64,000 bases of DNA from an uncultured Gemmatimonadales bacterium (GCA_937919655.1 CALFPJ010000022.1:64986-128985); one strand, 5' to 3'; positions 48,633 through 59,545 are shown, counted from the first letter of the stretch. Notes: generated from the letters alone by a model not told the origin. Numbers and translations: made by a program.

Positions 48633-49232
48633 CTATTCGTCATGGTCCTGCGTATCATCGAGTTCCGGATTGTATACGACTTCCTTGAGGCGCCTCAGCG
48701 CCCTATGGAGCCTTACAGCCACCGCGTTATGGCTGACTTGGAGGTGCTCCGCGATCTCGGCATTCTCGAGACCGGCCGCATAACGGAGGGAAAGAATTTC
48801 CTGGTCAGCTTTGCGGAGCGTGCGGCTTCCGTTCAGGAGGAGCTGGATGCGCTCCTCCTTGAGTACCCGTTCTTCTGCGGAAGGCACGTTTGCCACGAGA
48901 TCATGAATCCGATCTAGCGACACATGCAACGAACCCCGTCGCTACAGGGCCCGCAGATGATCTGTGATGGCGTTCCGAGCGATGCGGAGCAGCCAGGTCC
49001 TAGGCGAAGCTCGATTCTCATCGTATCGATCAAAAGACCGCAGGGCCTTCATGAACACCTCAGACGTCACGTCTTCAGCGGCCTCTCGTGTGGCTACCCT
49101 GAAGCGCACATAGCGAAAGACCGCCGTGCGATGCTCTCGGAACCAAGTCTCGAAGTCCTGCGGGAGGCTTGATGGAGCGAGCACTGGCGCAGCGCGTCTC
49201 ACTGGGTCGGATATTTTTGTTGGGCTTAGCAT
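48633..49232 (-). pseudogene. ECF sigma-70 factor interrupted by an in-frame TAG
   Basis: Region-2 half (48942-49232: ...FRYVRFRVATREAAEDVTSEVFMKAL...WLLRIARNAITDHLRAL*) and region-4 half (48633-48929: ...ADQEILSLRYAAGLENAEIAEHLQVSHNAVAVRLHRALRRL) share one reading frame. A TAG at 48942-48944 separates them. Confidence 0.75.
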
Positions 49233-49427
49233 CGTCCTGCTATACGCAAGGATATCTAGGCTTGTTACACCCCGACCACGGGTGATGCCACAAATTACCC
49301 ACCCCCCTCCGGCGCTAGCCCGATTTCGGACCGATCGACTCGCGCAATGCGACGGTCGCGTGGACGGTACTTAGGATCCCGTCCCAAACGTTCGTTTGCA
49401 CTCGAACGCCGCTGCATCCACAGGCCA

Positions 49428-50471
<1,044 letters not shown>

Positions 50472-50514
50472 TTAAGGGACGATGCTCAGCTCCTAATGAT
50501 AACCTCTGGGCCTT

Positions 50515-51255
50515 CTAGCGCAGGGCATTGGGTAGGGCTCTGGCAAAGGAGATCAACGTTACGCCGCTGGCACCCGCCGAGACCAGAGCCCTGGCCGCCT
50601 CTGACGCGGTCGCGCCCGTAGTAAGCACGTCATCGACCAGTACCACATGGGCACCCCTCCAGAGGGACATCGAGGACGGGTCCACGGTGAACGCGCCTTC
50701 GACGTTTGCCTGCCGCTCGGCCGGATGCAACTCGGTCTGGGAAGCCGTAGCACGGGCACGCACCAGAAGCTCCGCGATGGGAAGTCCGCGTGCGTGGGAA
50801 TATCTCTCGGCCAGGAGGCCCGCCTGGTTGTAGCCGCGCTCCAGCATCCGAGCGGCGGTCGTTGGAATGGCCGTGACCACCGCGGACCCTGAAGCCGGCA
50901 AGGTGATTTGCGCCAACGCTTCTGCCATGGTCTGGGCCAGTTCAGCCCACCCCTCGTACTTGAGTGCATGCACAAGGTCGGCCGCGGGCGCCTGGAGCAC
51001 GTATGCATATCGGGCGAAGGTCAATTCGGGCGGCCAGTCCTGGCACTCGCGGCACTGAGCTGCCTCGGTGCGGCCGGTCGCTCGGGGATTGTGGCATCGC
51101 TGGCAGCGCGGCCAGGCCGCCTGCTCCAGTCGACTCTTGCATCGACCGCACACCAACGCCGCAGTCCGGCCGCCGGGAATCCAGATTCCGCAGGCGACGC
51201 ACCCCGATGGCAAAAGCAGATCGGCGAGGTCTGCCGCCCACACCGCCGGCCTCAC
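50515..51255 (-). CDS. comF: ComF-family phosphoribosyltransferase-domain protein
   Basis: N-terminal CxxC...CxxC, PRTase motif VVLVDDVLTTGAT. GTG start overlapping the aroE stop (GTGA). Confidence 0.8.
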   Translation of the reverse strand: MRPAVWAADLADLLLPSGCVACGIWIPGGRTAALVCGRCKSRLEQAAWPRCQRCHNPRATGRTEAAQCRECQDWPPELTFARYAYVLQAPAADLVHALKYEGWAELAQTMAEALAQITLPASGSAVVTAIPTTAARMLERGYNQAGLLAERYSHARGLPIAELLVRARATASQTELHPAERQANVEGAFTVDPSSMSLWRGAHVVLVDDVLTTGATASEAARALVSAGASGVTLISFARALPNALR

Positions 51256-52091
51256 CCCTCGGGGCCCCGTCCTAGGGCGGCCCGCATCGTAGCGATCGGA
51301 GCGGGCATTTCCCACCACCGTTCGAACGAAGCCGCGCCCTGCTGCACAAGCATCTCGCCGCCGTCCGTGGCCCTGATGCCCATCTGGTCAGCGGACACGA
51401 TGAAGGGCGTCGGTTCCGATCCGTAAACCAAGTCCATCGCCCCGCCTACGCGCTCCAGCAGTGCGAAATCGAAAGGAGACGGGTCGCCGCCGGCGAGCCC
51501 CACTCGCGTCGCGTTGACCACGAGGTCGAAGCCCTCCCCACGGACATCTTCCAGCAAGTGGACGACACGAGCATTCGATCCGCCGATGCGACGCGCCACG
51601 GCACGGGCTCGTTCCTGAGTACGGTTATAGATGAGCACCTCGTCCGCACCTTCTTCCAACAAACCCATCAAGGCCGCACGAGCCGCACCGCCCGCCCCCA
51701 ACAAGAGCGCGCGGAGCCCCCGGGGTGACCCCTCCACAAAGGCACGCAAGGCTCCGCGAAAGCCATCAACATCTGTGTTGTCCCCGTGCACCGAGCCGTC
51801 AGCCCCTCCCCAAAAGGTGTTGCAGGCCCCGGTGCGTCGGACTGCCGGACTCGCAACATCCACGAAGGCTGCGGCTTTCTCCTTGTGGGGCAGCGTAATG
51901 TTGCCGCCTCCCCCGGCTCGGCAGAGCCCCTTCATGAAGCCTGCGAGATCCTCACCAGCACAACGCACGGTCACGTAAACGCCGTCCACCCCAGCTTCGG
52001 CAAAGGCGGCGTTCTGAATGACCGGTGACATGGAGTGCTCGACCGGGTCTCCGAGAAGTGCCAAGACCCGAGTGGATGCTGTAACGCTCAT
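51252..52091 (-). CDS. aroE: shikimate dehydrogenase
   Basis: 279 aa; LGDPVEHSMSPVIQNAAF signature. Confidence 0.9.
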   Translation of the reverse strand: MSVTASTRVLALLGDPVEHSMSPVIQNAAFAEAGVDGVYVTVRCAGEDLAGFMKGLCRAGGGGNITLPHKEKAAAFVDVASPAVRRTGACNTFWGGADGSVHGDNTDVDGFRGALRAFVEGSPRGLRALLLGAGGAARAALMGLLEEGADEVLIYNRTQERARAVARRIGGSNARVVHLLEDVRGEGFDLVVNATRVGLAGGDPSPFDFALLERVGGAMDLVYGSEPTPFIVSADQMGIRATDGGEMLVQQGAASFERWWEMPAPIATMRAALGRGPEG

Positions 52092-52588
52092 TTGATTACC
52101 GCGGCTTCCATGCGCGCGAGCGCGCGTTCGATGAGATTTTCCAAGAAAGCGAAGGTTTCCAAGTACTCCTCGTCGCTTCCCCCGATCGGGTCAGGAACCG
52201 CACCCCTAAGCGAGGTGCCATCACCTTCTGAGGCATAGGCACCGAGCAAAGCGGCACGGTCCCCTGCCCCTAACTCTGCCACCCGCATGACGTGGGCCGG
52301 AGACATCACAAGAATGATGTCTGCCCACTCCGCCAGCTCTGGGCGCAGGAGCGTAGCCTGATGTTCGCGGAGACCGAGGCCGTTGGCCTTCGCTGCCCGA
52401 ACGGCCCCAGCCGACGCGGGTTCGCCGTCCGTGGCGGCAACCCCGGCCGAGAGGACCTTGAATCCTGTCCACCCCCGGGCAGCGGCTGCCCGCCGGGCGA
52501 TCGCCGCCGCCATGGGGCTGCGGCAGGTATTCCCGGTACAGACGAACAGGAGACAAAAGTCCCCCGACGTATCAAGAATCTTGTCCAT
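52088..52588 (-). CDS. low-molecular-weight protein-tyrosine phosphatase / ArsC-like
   Basis: CTGNTCRSPMA (CX5R P-loop) and a DP-containing loop. Probable start MDKILDTSGD. Confidence 0.85.
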   Translation of the reverse strand: MDKILDTSGDFCLLFVCTGNTCRSPMAAAIARRAAAARGWTGFKVLSAGVAATDGEPASAGAVRAAKANGLGLREHQATLLRPELAEWADIILVMSPAHVMRVAELGAGDRAALLGAYASEGDGTSLRGAVPDPIGGSDEEYLETFAFLENLIERALARMEAAVIK

Positions 52589-53231
52589 GGATCTCCGGAA
52601 TAGCACAGCGGAGTCGCCCCACGGGCACTGAACCTTCTCTCAGCACGGTGGGCGTCACTCCGGTACAATCAATGATGGTGGATGAGAGGGAGTGTGGCAG
52701 CGTTCCAGCGTCCAAGACATGGACGTCCGACCTGCCCATGCGTCGGATCACGTCGGCGGCTTCCGACCCCGACCGCGCGGGTCGTTCCCCGGGCCCGTTC
52801 ACGCTCGTCGATGTCAGGGGGCCGTCCAAGGCCGCGATCAACCGCCGCACAACGGGTTGGGGGCTCAACCGAACTGCGACCCCTCCGTCTTGGTTGTGGA
52901 CGCCCTTGGGGAACACACCCTGGGGATCCGCGAGGACCAGGGTCACTGCGCCAGGCCAGAAGATCTTCGCGAGTTCCCGCGCAGCATCGGTCCAGACGAG
53001 CCCAGCGACCTGCTCCATCGCCCCAATGAGGACGATAATCGGCTTTTCTTCGCCACGGCTCTTGAGGTTCTTTACCGCCGCAATACCCTTTGAAGACAGG
53101 GTTGAGCCAAAACCGTAGACCGTCTCCGTCGGATAAGCGATCACGCCGTCCGCCCGCAAATGCCTGACCGTGGTTTCCAGGTCCGCGTCGGGATCCGCGC
53201 GCAGGTCGACTCGCGTGAGGGGGAACGTCAT
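52572..53231 (-). CDS. tsaC: L-threonylcarbamoyladenylate synthase (YrdC/TsaC)
   Basis: 219 aa; YPTETVYGFG motif. Confidence 0.85.
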   Translation of the reverse strand: MTFPLTRVDLRADPDADLETTVRHLRADGVIAYPTETVYGFGSTLSSKGIAAVKNLKSRGEEKPIIVLIGAMEQVAGLVWTDAARELAKIFWPGAVTLVLADPQGVFPKGVHNQDGGVAVRLSPQPVVRRLIAALDGPLTSTSVNGPGERPARSGSEAADVIRRMGRSDVHVLDAGTLPHSLSSTIIDCTGVTPTVLREGSVPVGRLRCAIPEIHGQDS

Positions 53232-53917
53232 ATGCTCTGCGCCTTCAGAATGGCCTCGGCGATCGCCACGTCGGTCGGGCGAGTGACTTTGATGTTCCCG
53301 GTCCCGCCGTCCACCATCTGAATCACACCCCCAATCCGTTCCACAAGCGACGCATCGTCGGTGCCCTCAGAGCCTTCCCCGTAAGCGCGACGAATCAGCG
53401 CGGCTGGAAACACCTGGGGAGTGTGGGCGTGCCACATCGAAGATCGGTCCGGAGTGTCCAAGACCCGGCCCTCTGGGGTTACCCTTTTCAGCGTATCCAC
53501 GGCGGGGCAACCGGCGACAGCCCCGACCCCGGTCGCGGCCATGTCGATGCACGCGGTCACCGTAGCCGCCGTCACCAGCGGGCGGGCCGCGTCGTGCACG
53601 GCGATGATGTCGAGCCCCTCGGGGAGCGCCAAAAGAGCGTTGCGCACGGACTCCGTGCGGGAGGCCCCGCCCAGGACGACCTGGACCCGCGAATCAAGGT
53701 CGGTGATCCACCCAGGGGCGTCACGAAAATCGTCGGGTGAGAGAGCCACCACCACCGCGCACACGCGGGGCTCGGCCAGAAACGGCGCTAGAGCACGCGC
53801 CAGGACCGTCTCTCCAAGAAGTTCCAAGAACGGTTTCCGCGCCCCACCCATTCGAGTGCCCGAGCCGGCGGCAGGCACGGCGACACCCACCTTGACAGCA
53901 CCCTCGGGCCTCGTCAT
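53228..53917 (-). CDS. ispD: 2-C-methyl-D-erythritol 4-phosphate cytidylyltransferase
   Basis: 229 aa; VAVPAAGSGTRMG P-loop-like motif. Confidence 0.9.
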   Translation of the reverse strand: MTRPEGAVKVGVAVPAAGSGTRMGGARKPFLELLGETVLARALAPFLAEPRVCAVVVALSPDDFRDAPGWITDLDSRVQVVLGGASRTESVRNALLALPEGLDIIAVHDAARPLVTAATVTACIDMAATGVGAVAGCPAVDTLKRVTPEGRVLDTPDRSSMWHAHTPQVFPAALIRRAYGEGSEGTDDASLVERIGGVIQMVDGGTGNIKVTRPTDVAIAEAILKAQSI

Positions 53918-55338
53918 GGCCCGAAGCTCGGCCCCTCATTGCCCGAGTCGGGACCACCCTGTGAACTCCGGGTCACGGAATCGAAGCGGGTATAGGCCTT
54001 CTGGAAGAACAGCTCAATTACGCCGGTCGGTCCGTTTCGCTGCTTGCTGATGATGAGCTCCGCCTTTCCCTCAAGTTCGTCACGCTTCTCTGCTGGAGCG
54101 TAGTACTCCGGACGGAAGAGGAACATGACGAGATCGGCATCCTGCTCGATGGAACCGGAATCGCGAAGGTCAGAGAGCATGGGGCGCTTGTCCGTACGCT
54201 GCTCCGGGCCACGGCTCAACTGCGAGAGCGCCACGACCGGCACGTTCAGTTCACGAGCCAACGACTTGAGTCCCCGTGAGATCAAGCTGACCTCCTGGAC
54301 TCGGCTTTCGGAATTGGCGGTACCCGACATCAACTGCATGTAGTCGATCACAACCATGCCGAGTTCTTTGCCGTCCAGCCGCAATTCTGACTGTAAGCGT
54401 CGGGATTTCGCCCTGATTTCGAGCACGTTACAGCCCGGCTGGTCGTCGATCCAGATCGGGGCGGTGTTGAGGTGTCCTGCGGCTGCCGCAAGACGCTGAT
54501 GCTCCTCGGGGGATAGCTTGCCCCGACGCAAGCGCTGGGCATCGATCCGCCCCTCCGCACAAAGCAGCCGCTGCACGAGCTGCTCAGACGCCATTTCCAG
54601 AGAAAAAATCGCGACCGGGATCTTGTGAGTGATCGCGGCATTCGCGGCCACGTTCATCACCCAGGAGGTCTTCCCCATAGAAGGGCGGGCGGCAACAATG
54701 CATAAGTCGCCCTTTTGCAGACCCGTGGTCATGCGGTCGAGGTCAGGGAACCCACTGGGGACACCTGTGATGCCCGATTCTGACTCTTGGAGCTTCTCGA
54801 TGTGCTCGAAAGTGGCCCACAGGATTTCCTTGATCCAAACGAAGCCCTCGCGCGCCTGGCTTTCGGCGACCTGGAAAATGCGCGCTTCCGCCTGATCCAG
54901 GATGTCGTCGACTTCGCGCTCACCCTGTTCGTAGACATCACGAATGATCTGGGTCGACTGCTCGACGAGCCGCCGCAGGATCGCCTTGTCTCGCACGATC
55001 TTCGCGTGGTATTCAAGATTCGCCGAGGTCGGGACGGCATCAACGAGCTTGCCGAGGTAGTCGAAGCCGCCGGTCGACTCCATCTCTCCGGTTTTCTTGA
55101 GCTCTTCGGAGACTGTGATCACGTCAATGACGTCGCCACGTTCAAAGAGCCGCACCATGGCCCGATATAGACGCCGGTTCGCCTCGCGGTAGAACATCGA
55201 GTCGCTGACGAACTCCATCGCCCGGGTCACCGCTTCACGGTCGATCAGCATGCCGCCCAACACCGCGGTCTCCGCCTCCAGAGAAAACGGAGGCGTCCGG
55301 TCGAAAAGGGCGGGGCTGAAGTTTGGTGAGGCTTCCAT
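53914..55338 (-). CDS. dnaB: replicative DNA helicase
   Basis: 474 aa; Walker A GARPSMGKTS and H4 motif; no intein. Confidence 0.95.
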   Translation of the reverse strand: MEASPNFSPALFDRTPPFSLEAETAVLGGMLIDREAVTRAMEFVSDSMFYREANRRLYRAMVRLFERGDVIDVITVSEELKKTGEMESTGGFDYLGKLVDAVPTSANLEYHAKIVRDKAILRRLVEQSTQIIRDVYEQGEREVDDILDQAEARIFQVAESQAREGFVWIKEILWATFEHIEKLQESESGITGVPSGFPDLDRMTTGLQKGDLCIVAARPSMGKTSWVMNVAANAAITHKIPVAIFSLEMASEQLVQRLLCAEGRIDAQRLRRGKLSPEEHQRLAAAAGHLNTAPIWIDDQPGCNVLEIRAKSRRLQSELRLDGKELGMVVIDYMQLMSGTANSESRVQEVSLISRGLKSLARELNVPVVALSQLSRGPEQRTDKRPMLSDLRDSGSIEQDADLVMFLFRPEYYAPAEKRDELEGKAELIISKQRNGPTGVIELFFQKAYTRFDSVTRSSQGGPDSGNEGPSFGP

Positions 55339-55476
55339 GTGCGTCGCTCAAAGGGTCGGCCAATCTAGTTGATCGCCGCTCGCCATGCACCCCAGCCTAA
55401 AGCGTGGAACGTCACCCCCGCCTATGATTCGCACTCTATTCGCAGCACACAGCAGCGTGCCGGATGCCGCAGCCGC

Positions 55477-56301
55477 CTAGGCCCCGTCCAAAACCTGCCT
55501 GAGCAACTGCAGGTCTTCCCAGAATGGACGCGTCCACTTGGGATTTCTCAGAAGCGCGGCGGGATGGTAAGTGACCACGAGCGGCACGCCGCCATAGTTG
55601 TGCACCTCACCGCGGATCTTGCCGAGCGCCACCTTCTCCCGACCGGTCAAGAGTTGGGCGGAAAACGAACCGACGGCGAGCAGGACTTCAGGTTGAACAA
55701 GTTCAATCTGTTTCAGGAGAAACGGAGAACACGCCTCGATCTCGTCTGGCATGGGGTTTCGATTCCCCGGTGGCCGACACTTGAGCACGTTCGCGATGTA
55801 CACCGTGTCCGCCCTGGAGAGACCCACCGTGGACAACAGGAGGTTGAGGTACTTGCCTGCCGCCCCAACAAATGGGACGCCTGTCTCGTCCTCGCTCGCG
55901 CCCGGTGCCTCGCCGACTACCATGACCCTGGCATGCTCGACACCGTCAGAAAAAACGACCTGGGTGCGCCCTTCGGAGAGCCTACAACGGGTACAAGACA
56001 GGGCATGCTCACGAAGCTCCACGTAGGAAGCCGGGAGAACGGGCAAGGACGACGTGACCGCGGCCACCGCCTGCCGTGTCGGAGCCGGACTGCCCCGGCC
56101 CTTCGGTGTGCCAGAGGCCGCCACGGGGCGGGTCAGGGTCGCCGAAGTCTCGAGCGCCTGGGCACCGGCACGGGCGGTGGCGGCAAGCCGCAAGGCCTCA
56201 CCCCGACTGAGCCCACTCAGGTAGAGCGCCTCGGGGCCAAGTTCCGCCTTTTGTCGCAGGAGCCGGGCCACCTCTTCGCGAGACGAGCGCAATCCGGTCA
56301 A
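55477..56301 (-). CDS. uracil-DNA glycosylase, family 4, with N-terminal extension
   Basis: VMVVGEAPGASEDETGVPFVGAAGKYL and CRPPGNRNP family-4 motifs plus a 4-Cys cluster; about 100 extra N-terminal residues. Confidence 0.82.
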   Translation of the reverse strand: MTGLRSSREEVARLLRQKAELGPEALYLSGLSRGEALRLAATARAGAQALETSATLTRPVAASGTPKGRGSPAPTRQAVAAVTSSLPVLPASYVELREHALSCTRCRLSEGRTQVVFSDGVEHARVMVVGEAPGASEDETGVPFVGAAGKYLNLLLSTVGLSRADTVYIANVLKCRPPGNRNPMPDEIEACSPFLLKQIELVQPEVLLAVGSFSAQLLTGREKVALGKIRGEVHNYGGVPLVVTYHPAALLRNPKWTRPFWEDLQLLRQVLDGA

Positions 56302-57539
56302 GACCGCCTCGCTAGGTGGGCACAGACGCGATCGAGCAATTCCTCTGCGACGGCGTCTTTCGTCATGAGGGGGAGTTCCTCCGGTTCGCCGTCCGTGGAG
56401 AGGATGGTGACCTTGTTCGTGCTGACTTCGAAGCCCGCCCCTGGCTCGGTCGCGTCGTTAGCCACCAACAAATCAAACTGCTTGCTGACGAGCTTCTTGG
56501 CAGCATTGGAGATGAGGTCGTTCGTCTCAAGCGCGAAGCCCACAGAGAGGCTGCCCGACTTGCGAACGAGGACCGTGTCCGCGGCGATATCCGGGTTGGC
56601 TTCAAGGGTCACGATCATTTCACCACCCGCGTCGGCGCGCTTGACCTTCGTAGCGTGAGGGTTAGACGGACGAAAGTCGGCCACGGCCGCCGAGAACACA
56701 TTCACATCCGTATTCGCGACGAGTCCGAGCACTGCTTCACGCATCTGCATCGCTGTCTCCACCGGCACGAAGTCGACGCCCTCAGGGGGGGCTAACGAGC
56801 TTGGGCCAGAGACCAGCGTGACATGGGCTCCCCTGCGCCACGCGGCCTGCGCGATCGCATACCCCATCCGGCCCGACGATCGATTGCCGAGGTACCGCAC
56901 CGGGTCCAAGGGTTCGCGAGTTGGGCCTGCAGTCACCAGGACCTTCCGACCGATCAGCGGACCCGATGCCTCGAGGGCCCTGCCAATGTGTTCTTCAATC
57001 TGCCAAGGCTCGATCATCCGGCCTGGCCCCTCACCCTCACCCACTGCGAGCGCGCCATCTGCTGGGCCCGCGATCGTGTAGTGCAGGTGGTCTCGGAGGT
57101 GCGCCAAGTTGGCCTGCACCTGAGGGTGCGAAAACATGCGGTCGTTCATTGCCGGACACAGCACTACTGGAGCCCTCGTGGCGAGCAAGGTCGTGCAGAT
57201 CAAGTCATCGGCTCGGCCCTGTGCCGCGCGGGCCAGGAAATCCGCGGTTGCCGGTGCCACACAGACTACGTCCGCCTCGCGGCCCAGACGGATGTGCAAC
57301 GCCGCACCTTCAGCCGAAAACAGATCCGTGAGCGCGGGACGCCCGGTCACTCCCGAGAAGCTGAGGGGTGTCACAAATTTCTGTGCCGAATGGGTCAGCA
57401 CGACATCAACCGTCGCACCCAGGCGCGTCAAATCACGAGCGACCTGGACGGACTTGTACGCGGCAATCCCGCCGGTCACACCCACGACGACCCTCCGGCC
57501 CTCCCATGGGCGTCGAGCTGTCAGTGCGCGATCAGCCAC
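56298..57539 (-). CDS. coaBC: bifunctional phosphopantothenoylcysteine decarboxylase / phosphopantothenate-cysteine ligase
   Basis: 413 aa flavoprotein plus DFP domains. Confidence 0.92.
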   Translation of the reverse strand: MADRALTARRPWEGRRVVVGVTGGIAAYKSVQVARDLTRLGATVDVVLTHSAQKFVTPLSFSGVTGRPALTDLFSAEGAALHIRLGREADVVCVAPATADFLARAAQGRADDLICTTLLATRAPVVLCPAMNDRMFSHPQVQANLAHLRDHLHYTIAGPADGALAVGEGEGPGRMIEPWQIEEHIGRALEASGPLIGRKVLVTAGPTREPLDPVRYLGNRSSGRMGYAIAQAAWRRGAHVTLVSGPSSLAPPEGVDFVPVETAMQMREAVLGLVANTDVNVFSAAVADFRPSNPHATKVKRADAGGEMIVTLEANPDIAADTVLVRKSGSLSVGFALETNDLISNAAKKLVSKQFDLLVANDATEPGAGFEVSTNKVTILSTDGEPEELPLMTKDAVAEELLDRVCAHLARRS

Positions 57540-57554
57540 GGGGTTGGATCTCGC

Positions 57555-57773
57555 TTAGGTGTCGTCCTTGAGACGCTTGCGGACGAGGCGAAACTCGATC
57601 TGGCCAGAGGTAAGCGCCTCAAGTGCCCGCGTCGTCAACTTCTTCTCTTCGCCAAGCGGCATCGACTCGCTCGGGAGCGTGTTCAGCTCACGGGCATACT
57701 TGGCGGCAACCAGCACACCGAGGTACTTGCTCTCGGTGCCCACCGCGACTTCGTCAGGGGTAAAGACTCTCAT
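57555..57773 (-). CDS. rpoZ: DNA-directed RNA polymerase omega subunit
   Basis: Internal start MRVFTPDEVAVGTESKYLGVLVAAKYAREL; conserved gmk-rpoZ-coaBC order. Confidence 0.8.
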   Translation of the reverse strand: MRVFTPDEVAVGTESKYLGVLVAAKYARELNTLPSESMPLGEEKKLTTRALEALTSGQIEFRLVRKRLKDDT

Positions 57774-57783
57774 CAGTGACTCC

Positions 57784-58437
57784 TCATCCGTTTGCGTTCT
57801 CAAACTCACGATCGAGTATGCGCGCCAAGCCAGCACGAAACACCTCGATGTTCTCTATCGGGACTGACCCGGCCTTGCCGCCGCCCTGACCCGTAACGAT
57901 CGCTTCAATTTCTGCCACACAGCGTTCAATGTCGTCGTTGACGACAACATAGTCGAACTCGGGCACCGCCCGGAGTTCATCCAAAGCCGAGCGGAGCCGC
58001 CTCGCCACCTCGACCGGTGCTTCTGTGCCACGCCCCTTCAGACGCTCCATCATGACCTCGACAGAGGGCGGCAAGATGAAAATCAACTTCGCCTCCGGCA
58101 CCGACTCTCGGATCTGCCGAGCACCCTGAACATCAATATCCAGCACTACATGCTCGCCACGAAGGGCCGCCGAGTCCAATTCTGTTCTCGGGGTGCCGTA
58201 CAGGCAGTCGTGTACAGAGGCCCACTCCGCGAGTGCCCCCGCCGCGACCATCGCCTCAAAAGTGGACTTATCAACGAAGTGGTAATCCACCCCGTCACGC
58301 TCCCTTTTTCGCGCGGGCCGCGTTGTCGCAGACACGGAAAAAACGAAGCGATTGGACCCCTCGACCAGCCTGTGAGCCAACGTGGTCTTACCGGTCCCGC
58401 TCGGCGCCGCCAACACGACCGGGGCAGCACGCGTCAC
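57784..58437 (-). CDS. gmk: guanylate kinase
   Basis: 217 aa; P-loop APSGTGKTT. Confidence 0.93.
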   Translation of the reverse strand: MTRAAPVVLAAPSGTGKTTLAHRLVEGSNRFVFSVSATTRPARKRERDGVDYHFVDKSTFEAMVAAGALAEWASVHDCLYGTPRTELDSAALRGEHVVLDIDVQGARQIRESVPEAKLIFILPPSVEVMMERLKGRGTEAPVEVARRLRSALDELRAVPEFDYVVVNDDIERCVAEIEAIVTGQGGGKAGSVPIENIEVFRAGLARILDREFENANG

Positions 58438-59321
58438 TCGACGTTCTCCACCTGTTCTCGGACGCGTTCCACCTCTTCCTTGAGCGCCACGGAAGCTTGG
58501 GTGATCTCAGCGTCGTTCGATTTCGAGCCGATCGTATTGGCTTCCCTATGCATTTCCTGGACCAGGAAGCCAAGACGCTTGCCAACTGGCTCCGCGCCAT
58601 CTGATAACATGGCCTCACGGAACAACTCAATATGCGAGCGGAACCGCACGAGTTCTTCGTTGATATCCCACTTTTCTGCCAGGTACGCGATTTCGCGGGC
58701 GAGACGTTCCTCGTCTACATCGACCTGTTCTGACAACTCGCGAACGGCCTGGCGAAGGCGGTCCCGCTCGGCCAGAAGCCGCTCAGGCGCTCTCACCTCA
58801 ACGCGGTCCAACGCCGCAGACATGCCCGAGAGGCGCTCGTCGAGGTCCGCCGCGAGCCGCTCGCCCTCCGCCTCGCGCATCGAACAAACCGACCGCGCCG
58901 CGTCCTCGGCCAACGCCTTGATGACCTCCGGCTCCACGCCAACGCGTCGATCCTGCTCGGGGACACGGAACAACTCCCCAAAACGCGCCAACATCGACAG
59001 GTCGACTGCCCCGGGAACGCCCAGTTCGGCGCCCATACTTGCAAGGGCATCCCGAATCTGCCGCGCTCGGTCCAGATCGACGTTCGGGGCGGCCTCTTGC
59101 TCCGAAGCGGAACGGTCCAAAGTCAGAAAGGCGCTGACGTGGCCCCTGGATAGGTGCCTCTTCAGCGCTTCGGCGATGTCTCGTTCGTGTTTATCGAAGC
59201 CAGAAGGTGTCTTGATGCTGGAGTTGAAGAATCGATGATTTACCGTCTTCACTTCCAGCCGCAGACGCCCCGCGGGCGACTCCCGCTCAGCCTCTCCATA
59301 CCCAGTCATACTTCGAATCAT
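58434..59321 (-). CDS. yicC: YicC-family (UPF0701) protein
   Basis: Canonical N-terminus MIRSMTGYGEAE at 59321. The longer track ORF (to 59405) would run into the tandem repeat. Confidence 0.85.
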   Translation of the reverse strand: MIRSMTGYGEAERESPAGRLRLEVKTVNHRFFNSSIKTPSGFDKHERDIAEALKRHLSRGHVSAFLTLDRSASEQEAAPNVDLDRARQIRDALASMGAELGVPGAVDLSMLARFGELFRVPEQDRRVGVEPEVIKALAEDAARSVCSMREAEGERLAADLDERLSGMSAALDRVEVRAPERLLAERDRLRQAVRELSEQVDVDEERLAREIAYLAEKWDINEELVRFRSHIELFREAMLSDGAEPVGKRLGFLVQEMHREANTIGSKSNDAEITQASVALKEEVERVREQVENVE

Positions 59322-59390
59322 TTCCGCCCTCCACAGAGCCGAAAAACATAACCCCGACGCAGGAAATCTGCAGACCCCAGCCCACGACCG

Positions 59391-59545
59391 CCCCTTGAGA
59401 AGCAAAGCGACCTCAAGGAGTCAGCCAGCACAGAGGACCACTCATCAGCCCCACCCCTGAGGAGCAAAGCGACCTCAAGGAGTCAGCCAGCACAGAGGAC
59501 CACTCATCAGCCCGCCCTTGAGGAGCAAAGCGACCTCAAGCAAGC
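59391..59545. repeat. ~62-bp tandem direct repeat, ~2.5 copies, each unit with a 7-bp hairpin
   Basis: Unit CC(A)CCCCTGAGGAGCAAAGCGACCTCAAGGAGTCAGCCAGCACAGAGGACCACTCATCAGCC with period 63 then 60; contains CCTTGAG...CTCAAGG inverted repeats; frame not conserved between copies. Confidence 0.85.

Noticed and set aside
48532-49232. Possible cell-surface-signalling (FecIRA-like) system from sigma plus TonB-domain protein plus distant TBDR
   Set aside because: No FecR-type anti-sigma domain, no N-terminal signalling extension on the TBDR-like protein, and the receptor lies 10 kb away on a separate transcription unit.
58150-59238. 362-aa plus-strand ORF
   Set aside because: Antisense to gmk and yicC; Ser/Arg-rich low complexity.
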